Of a stretch of DNA of 64,000 nucleotides, positions 55,247 to 64,000 are shown one piece after another (the first letter of the stretch is position 1; each line of letters opens with the position of its first letter). The translations under genes and the position numbers were made by a program. Source of the stretch: the human T2T-CHM13v2.0 reference genome, Homo sapiens. The notes beneath the pieces are model-generated. The model saw only the letters and a list, made by a program, of their open reading frames with translations, did no database searches and was not told where the DNA came from. The stretch lies in NCBI RefSeq assembly GCF_009914755.1, contig NC_060947.1; one strand, 5' to 3'.

Positions 55247-55854
55247 ATGACGGCCACAGCTGAGGTAGAGACACCAAAAATGGAGAAGAGTGCCTCCAAG
55301 GAAGAGAAGCAGCAGCCTAAGCAGGACAGCACAGAGCAGGGCAATGCTGATTCTGAAGAGTGGATGAGCTCTGAGAGTGACCCTGAACAGATAAGCCTTA
55401 AGAGTAGCGACAACAGCAAGAGCTGCCAACCTAGGGATGGTCAGTTGAAGAAAAAGGAGATGCACTCCAAGCCACACCGCCAGCTCTGTCGATCACCCTG
55501 CCTAGATCGTCCAAGTTTCTCCCAGAGCAGCATTTTACAGGATGGTAAACTTGACTTGGAGAAGGAATACCAAGCTAAGATGGAGTTTGCGCTAAAGCTG
55601 GGCTATGCAGAGGAACAGATTCAATCAGTGCTAAACAAGCTGGGCCCAGAATCACTTATTAATGATGTATTGGCAGAGCTTGTCAGACTTGGGAACAAAG
55701 GTGATTCAGAAGGGCAGATCAACTTGAGTCTGTTAGTGCCTCGTGGGCCCAGCTCCAGAGAGATTGCAAGCCCTGAATTGTCTCTTGAAGATGAAATAGA
55801 TAACAGTGACAATTTGAGGCCAGTTGTCATTGATGGAAGTAATGTGGCAATGAG
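55247..55854 (+). CDS. ZC3H12B: ZC3H12B (Regnase-2/MCPIP2) first coding exon: N-terminus, UBA-like domain and start of the PIN/NYN RNase domain
   Basis: MTATAEVETPKMEK...KMEFALKLGY...LRPVVIDGSNVAM; donor AG|gtaagc at 55854/55855 (phase 2). Confidence 0.95.
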
Positions 55855-56516
55855 GTAAGCCTGGTATGTTTTTTTCTCCCATTTTAAAAAACTGCCCTGA
55901 GCTCATAGAAATTTTCTTCCTTTGCAAATCATTATAAGAGGAGCATGGCTATTGACTGTGGCGTGTGTTTCTGAAGGTGGCCAGAGACTAAAATGATCCT
56001 GCCCTTGCCTTTTCTTCTTCCACTGAAGTTGCTGCCAATTTGTTTTCAGGTGTTCTAAAGGCAGCTTCGACATCAGTGATGATGCTTCAGAGGAGACATA
56101 GCCATTCAGCTTTGTTCCTTTTGTGGTCTGCTGTCCTATCCCTACTTTACTAGACTAACCATCCTGAAAATGCTGCTTTTATAAAGTCACTTTGGGGTTT
56201 ACTTAGGAACTTTCAGTAACTCTCAACTGTTATTATACCAAATTTTGATCCTTTTCCCTGGCTTTAAGGCTCTTTGTGATCAGGCCTGTCCCTCCTCCCA
56301 TTTGATTGCATCTCTCATGCTTACTGCATTTACATCTATCTCTTTAACAGTCTCCATGAAAATTATGCTGATTTCTATCCCCATTACCTGTGTTCATGTC
56401 TTTTCCCAAATTAGAAGTGGCCTGCTTTGTATCTTCATAGCCTTCAGAATGCACCACCTCCACAAAGAACTTCCTAATTTTTCTGATTCCAATGATGATC
56501 TCTGAACTACAATATC

Positions 56517-57036
56517 TGTGGTAGGCTGAATGATAGCCCCCTAGAGATGTCCACATTTTAATCCCTGGAATCTCTGAATACATTATCTCATATGGTAAAA
56601 TGGACTTTGCAAATGTGATTAAGGTTCTTGAGATGGGAGAGATTACCCTGGATTATCAAAGTGGGCCTAATGTAATCACAAGTGCCTTTATTAGAGGGAA
56701 GCAGCAAGATCAGAATAAGTAGAAGGAGATGGAATGGCAGAAACAAGAAGATGGAGTGACGTAAGAAAGGGACTATGAGCCAAAGAATGTGGGTGGCCTT
56801 TCTCACCCATTGGACTGTTTCAGGAAAAAAAAAAAAAAAAAAAAAAGAATGTGGGTGGCTTCTAGAAAGCTGAAAAGGGCAAGGAAACAGATTCTCTCTT
56901 TAAGCTTGCAGAAAGAACACAGCTTTGCCAACACCTTGATTTTATATTTCTGACCTATTGAACTTGTAAGAGAATAAATTGGTGCTATTTTAAGTCACTA
57001 CATGTGTGATAATTTGTTACAGCAGCAGTGGGAGAC
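56517..57036 (+). mobile_element. MLT1 (MaLR) LTR
   Basis: tgtggtaggctgaatgatagcccc...aatttgttacagcagcagtgggagac. Confidence 0.85.
56798..56843 (+). mobile_element. 27-nt retroposed orphan fragment plus poly(A)
   Basis: Flanked by a perfect 16-bp TSD aaagaatgtgggtggc (56782-56797/56844-56859). Confidence 0.85.
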
Positions 57037-57424
57037 TCACATAATACCTATAGTGCCTTCATAATTTATTCCATACTCTCTCATATCATTTTTTAAATTT
57101 TGTGCCAGAGAGCCATAGGAATCCCTTCTTCTATTTCTCAAATGAATTGTAATCCAGCCTTGGTTTAAAAAACCCCAGTAATCAGGAGCCTTTTTCCTAT
57201 TGAGTCTATCATTGCTTGATGGACTCACTAGAATCCCTAGACCATAGGCAATCAGAACAAAGTGAAAAAGCCTTAGTCTAGCAAGTTTTAACTTAGATTA
57301 TCCCATTGTCTTTGAAAGCAGGGATCTTGCTTTGTTTTCCCATGGTATTGGGTGCTCCCACAGAGACATGAGAGAGTGGGGATGGGAGAAAGTCATGAAC
57401 CGTACCATTGCTGTATACAGGAAA

Positions 57425-57820
57425 TGCTTAGCAGACTATCTAGAAGTACACTTTAGTATATAGTCCTGTTTAATCCTCACAGCAACTTTATCTTACAGAT
57501 GAAAAAATAAGGCTCAGCAAAGGTAAGTGACTTCCCTGAGTTTACATAGCTAGTAAGTAGTAAAGTGAGAACTCGAACTTAAGTCCTCTGACTTCAAATG
57601 AATGAAATGAAACAAACTAACATTTATGAATACTGATTCTGTGCCAGATTCTTTTACGTATGTGAATTAATCCCCACTGGAGACCCTATAAGAATCAACT
57701 AATTTGGTTCATCTTTGCAGGTGAAGAGATTCAGGTTCAGAGAGTTTGAATAACTACCCAAGGTTACCCAAGCTTACAAAGCTTAAATTAAAACACTAAT
57801 CTGACTCCAATTCTCTTTTC
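57425..57820. mobile_element. Two MIR-like fragments
   Basis: ttacagatgaaaaaataaggctcagcaaaggtaagtgactt core; second copy ttgcaggtgaagagattcaggttcagagag. Confidence 0.6.
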
Positions 57821-57859
57821 ATAATATCACACAGTATTATGTGGCTATTAGTGTTATTA

Positions 57860-58180
<321 letters not shown>

Positions 58181-59264
58181 TGACATATTTGCTAGTATCA
58201 GAGAATGCATTTACAGATTTCCTTTTTCAATTTTTTAAAATCATGACATCATCATAATTATAAGGTACGTAAAGCAGGCTAGACAGCTCCTTTGTTTTAA
58301 TGAGGGGAAACCAAAAGATTAGTAACAAGAAAGTTAAATGGTCTGCACACAATACTACAGCAATCAGAATGATGCAGTGGGCCAGTGAAAAGCAGAGGAT
58401 AATGTCTGTGTTCAAAAGGCCAAAGGTGTCTCTGCTCCCCTCCTAACAGGCATAAGAAAGAGTGATTCTTGAGGGGAAGGAGTTTGGGATGTGTCCAACT
58501 CAATCTGTCACCAAACCAGACCACCCGGAACACCCTAGATCGGACCTGATTCCCAAGGCCTACCATTTTTTTTGTTTTGTTTTGTTTTGGTTTGGTTTGG
58601 TTTGGTTTGGTCTGGTTTTGTGTTTCGGAGTTAAGGTTGAGAAGAACCTAAGGCATTATTGGGGACTTTGGCTTCATGGTAATGTAATATCTTCCTTCTC
58701 TTTGGACTTCTATTCAAGGATTGCTGATCATGAAGGACACTCTGGTTCTTTCGCTTTTTAAGGAATAATGCAGAGATTAATTACTTGGATAATTAGTTTC
58801 AACATATCTGGTCTATGTCAGTAGCAAACTGTTATACTGACAGGAAAATGAACTTTGATCTCCTGTATGAGTTACTTTGCTAAATTAAAGGCATCTCGCA
58901 TGATTTAAATAGAGCCAAGAAATAGCATGCAACCTTATTGTTAGGAACATACTAAAATAGTGCAGAGTAGACCATGTAATTTTTTTTAAATTGCCAGTTG
59001 AGTCCTTGTTAGCATCTTTTTCTTTTGTCTGAGTAGTAAATTACCGTTAAGTCCCATTTATTCTGCAATCACATTTCACATGCTCAAAGTTCAGCGCTAT
59101 AGTCTACTTATGGATTTGTTATTACTGTTAATCTAAATTTGGTTTGTTTTCCTCATTAGTTAGCTGTAAGTTTATGGTGAGATTGGTATTTCTTAGACAA
59201 ACTACATGTTAATGTCTGTTGTTTCTCAGCCTGTTGGATTATCCTGCATTAAAATTATGATGCT

Positions 59265-59845
<581 letters not shown>

Positions 59846-60705
59846 TTTATGATGCTTCGTTTGCCATTAGCAGCATTTGGTTAACATTTGCAGTAGTAGT
59901 GCACCTGTGGTCCACATACTGATTGATATATGCTAAGATCCTAAAGGGTACATTCATTCTGAGAGCTGTCTCCTTTGGAAGGAGAAATCCATTTCAGAGG
60001 AATTAAGGCTTTGAAATGTAAATGCAACCATATTCTTTGTTAAGTCTAGGAGAAGCCCAAACATTTGAACCCCAGAGAAAACAATTGCAGAGGGTGGGGC
60101 TAATGACCTATCTGCTAAGCTGAATTTGGCTTGGGAACCTGGATCATGAGAGGTTCCTAAGCAAGTTTACAAGACAAAGTGAACTGTAGTGTCACCAAGA
60201 TACTCCGTGACTTGCAGGTCCTAGGGTTTTTGGCATTTTTTAGATTGCAAAAGGACATTGTATGTGTTTAAGCAAAAACAAGCCACTTGAAAAGCTTTAT
60301 TTTCCTCTTTTTTTTCAAAAAAAATTATTCATTCCTTAAATGTTTAGGGGCAATAAACTTTGCATACTTGGCTGTTGTGTAGGTACTCATTGCCACCTTG
60401 ATAAATGTTGAAACTGCCTTCTGATTCTTATTGGGCATTTGGTGTGCCTCATGAAATGCTTCAGTGGCATACTTTTAATATATTTTAACGGGATGCTATA
60501 GGTATGTTACATTTTTTCTTAACATAATTCTCAGTATGTTAGGAAATTGATATCAGAATATAAATATATCAAAATATTAACAGTGTTTGTCTCTGGATTG
60601 TAGTAAAACAGTTGGATTTTGGAGTTTTTTTTCTTTATATTTTATGTATTTTCCACGTTTTATACTATAACCATATATTACATTTTTAATGATTATATGT
60701 ATATA

Positions 60706-60898
<193 letters not shown>

Positions 60899-60945
60899 AA
60901 AAAAAAAATTTAAACACAGAATTTGGCAGTATAAAATATAAAGTT

Positions 60946-61396
<451 letters not shown>

Positions 61397-62316
61397 CTAA
61401 TGGCAATTCTGATAATTTTCCCAAGTTCTGTTATTCTTTATACTTACCAGCACTGTAGCAGTGGGAAAATTCACAACTGAACATCTTCTCTTCCAGAGTT
61501 CATCCAATATTAACCCTTTAAGCACTGTGGTCTTGCATAATTTCCCCATTGTTCAACTTTTTAGGAGTCAGTGGTAGTTATCTCTAAGGCTACCTTAGAG
61601 TGTATTGACAGCTAAATATATTTTCCTTTTGTTTCTTAAGTGCTTTCAACTTTCAGTTGAGTAGTATAATTGTTTTGTGGTACTCACTGGGGAGCTTTAA
61701 ACATGATTAGCATATGCTTGGAAATGTTAATAAAAGCATTTAATAAATTTTTGCAATTTGCCTCAAGAGTGATAAGACAGTGGGAAGTCTTGCAGTACAA
61801 GAATTGATGAGGCCCCGGATATTATATATGAATTCATTGAAAGGGAACAATATGTTGGAGTTCATTTTTGTTGTAGTTAGTGAGCTAGTGCCAGTGAGAA
61901 GGTGAGGAATCCAAAGTGAGAAGCCCCATCACATTGTCTTAATTAGCCTTCTAACAAAACAATTATTTTCTTCTGATCAGTCTTAACAGACAATAGCCAC
62001 TTGATTGTAGTAGAATTGGTACGTGTATGCCCATTTGTTACCATCCAAGCTGTTTAATTAACTATAATTTAGTGTGATTTATGTATATGTCAGAGCACTA
62101 GATACCATGCTAAGAGATCGTAATTTTCACAGCCAAACAAGGCACAAATCTAGTGCATCTTTTCCCAATTTATCTGCAAATTTTCCCTCTTCCAATTTCT
62201 ATTTAAATGAATTCTGTTTGGCTTTTTAAGTTTTCACAATGTTTATTCCTATAAGTAATTCTGATAGAATTTCTTCTCCTTTATTTCATGTTCTGATTAT
62301 AGAAAGAATACTTGAA

Positions 62317-62452
62317 TTTTTTTTTCTTTTTAATAAACATGGGGTCTCACTATGTTGCCGAGGCTGGTCGCAAATTCCTGGGCTCAAACAATTCTCCCAC
62401 CTCGGCATCCCAACCTGCTGGGATTACAGGCCTGAGCCATCGCACCCAGCCA
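62317..62452 (-). mobile_element. Alu monomer (FLAM-like)
   Basis: Left-arm only; TSD-like gaa(a)tacttga on both sides. Confidence 0.8.
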
Positions 62453-63118
62453 GAAATACTTGATTTTTTGAGGATATTTTGGAATTAGAGGAAGAAAATA
62501 GATCACTTATAACCCTCTCACACAGAACAACAATATTTATTAATATTTCGATGTACTCATATTTTTTCTAAGCTTATACATAGGTTTTCTTCTACAAAAT
62601 CGGTGTTACATTATATATAGTCTGTATTTTTTCTTTTCTCTTTCAGAATTATGAGCATTTCCTACATCTTAAAATTTTCATGAATATGATTTTTGTTGGT
62701 GCATTGTATTAAATGCATATATGTAATAAGAATTTTCAGTGAGCATTTATGTGCATATCTTTTTTGCTGTCGATGTTATTTTTGAAGCTTAATATATATG
62801 TGCTTAAGACTTATCCCCAATTAATACTCTATATAAACTTTAAACCTCTGGTAATACCTTTACTTTTTTAATTTTTTGTGAATATCTCAATCTTTGAAAA
62901 GAAAGTGGTAGGAGAAACAGAAAAAGAAGAGAGAAAATGGAACTAGTGATAGGAGATAGCCATCAGGGCTGCAATAAATTGGGAGTTGTTACTAACCATC
63001 TGTGGCCTTGAATGAAGTTTGTAATAATAATGGCAAATTTGTAACAATTACATAAAAATATCTTGATTTGCTCTTTAAAAAGCATGTTATTTGGCATTAT
63101 CAAGAAAGTAAATGTCAT

Positions 63119-63465
63119 GGCTGGCCGCAGTGGCTTATGCTTGTAATTCTAGCACTTTGGGAGGCCGAGGCAGGCAGATCACCTGAGGTCAGGAGTTCGA
63201 GACCAGCCTGGCCAACATGGCAAAACCCCGTCTCTACTAAAAATACAAAAATTAGCTGGGCATGGTGGTGTGCATCTGTAGTTCCAGCTACTCAGGAGGT
63301 GGAAGCAGGAGAATCACTTGAACCCAGGAGGTGGATGTTGCAGTGAGCCGAGATTGTGCCACTGTACTCCAGCCTGGGAGAAAAAGTGAGACCAAAAAAA
63401 AAAAAAAAAGAAAAAAAAGAAAAGAAAAGAAGCAAAAGGAAGAAAGAAAGAGAGAAAGAAAGAAA
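63119..63465 (+). mobile_element. Alu with A/GAAA tail
   Basis: Alu consensus; TSD-like gtaaatgtc. Confidence 0.93.
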
Positions 63466-63502
63466 AGAATGTAAATGTCTATTATTAATACCTTGGTACT
63501 AA

Positions 63503-63748
<246 letters not shown>

Positions 63749-64000
63749 TAGAGGCAAATCTGGAAAGATAGTTTGGGGATGGTCCCAATTTAGATATTTA
63801 TTTTTCAAAGTTGTTAAGTATATTTAAAGTATTTTTATTAAGCATATATTTGAAAAAAGATTCAAAGAAAGTCATCATTATTTTGTAGCATCTGACAGTT
63901 AAATAAAGAAAACTTCAATTCGGCAAAAGATAAAGCACATAGTTTCAAAAAAAAGGAGTGCTTTTCTATTTGACCATAGACTTCAGACTAAAGGGTGATG

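Noticed and set aside
55855-55858. ORF track ending ZC3H12B at 203 aa (...VAMR*)
   Set aside because: The stop lies within the splice donor gtaagc; the frame continues in exon 63577-63716

Overview
Primate (almost certainly human) genomic DNA, not microbial. The window is mostly intronic, repeat-dense sequence of ZC3H12B (Regnase-2/MCPIP2, X-linked), with its first two coding exons on the + strand at 55247-55854 and 63577-63716. The first ~47 kb are almost entirely layered retroelements. These include an internally deleted HERV-K(HML-3)/MER9 provirus (4046-9442, minus), a full-length L1PA4-like LINE (20105-28353) interrupted by a full-length young SVA (22479-24543), a rearranged AP1M2 processed pseudogene (35303-37208), ~30 Alus, several LTRs and a 1.1-kb alternating purine-pyrimidine array. 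Most ORFs in the supplied track are repeat-derived. I found no evidence for a new gene system. The most interesting signals are unusual retrotransposition and rearrangement footprints readable directly in the sequence: a three-piece twin-primed pseudogene, a probable ~12-kb twin-primed L1 transduction with four-level nesting, a 27-nt orphan poly(A) insertion with a perfect TSD, a ~420-bp inversion bounded by (CA)n/(TG)n, a THE1 LTR flanked by a ~107-bp duplication, and uORF/promoter candidates for ZC3H12B. Subfamily names are from memory of consensus sequences and need RepeatMasker/Dfam confirmation.
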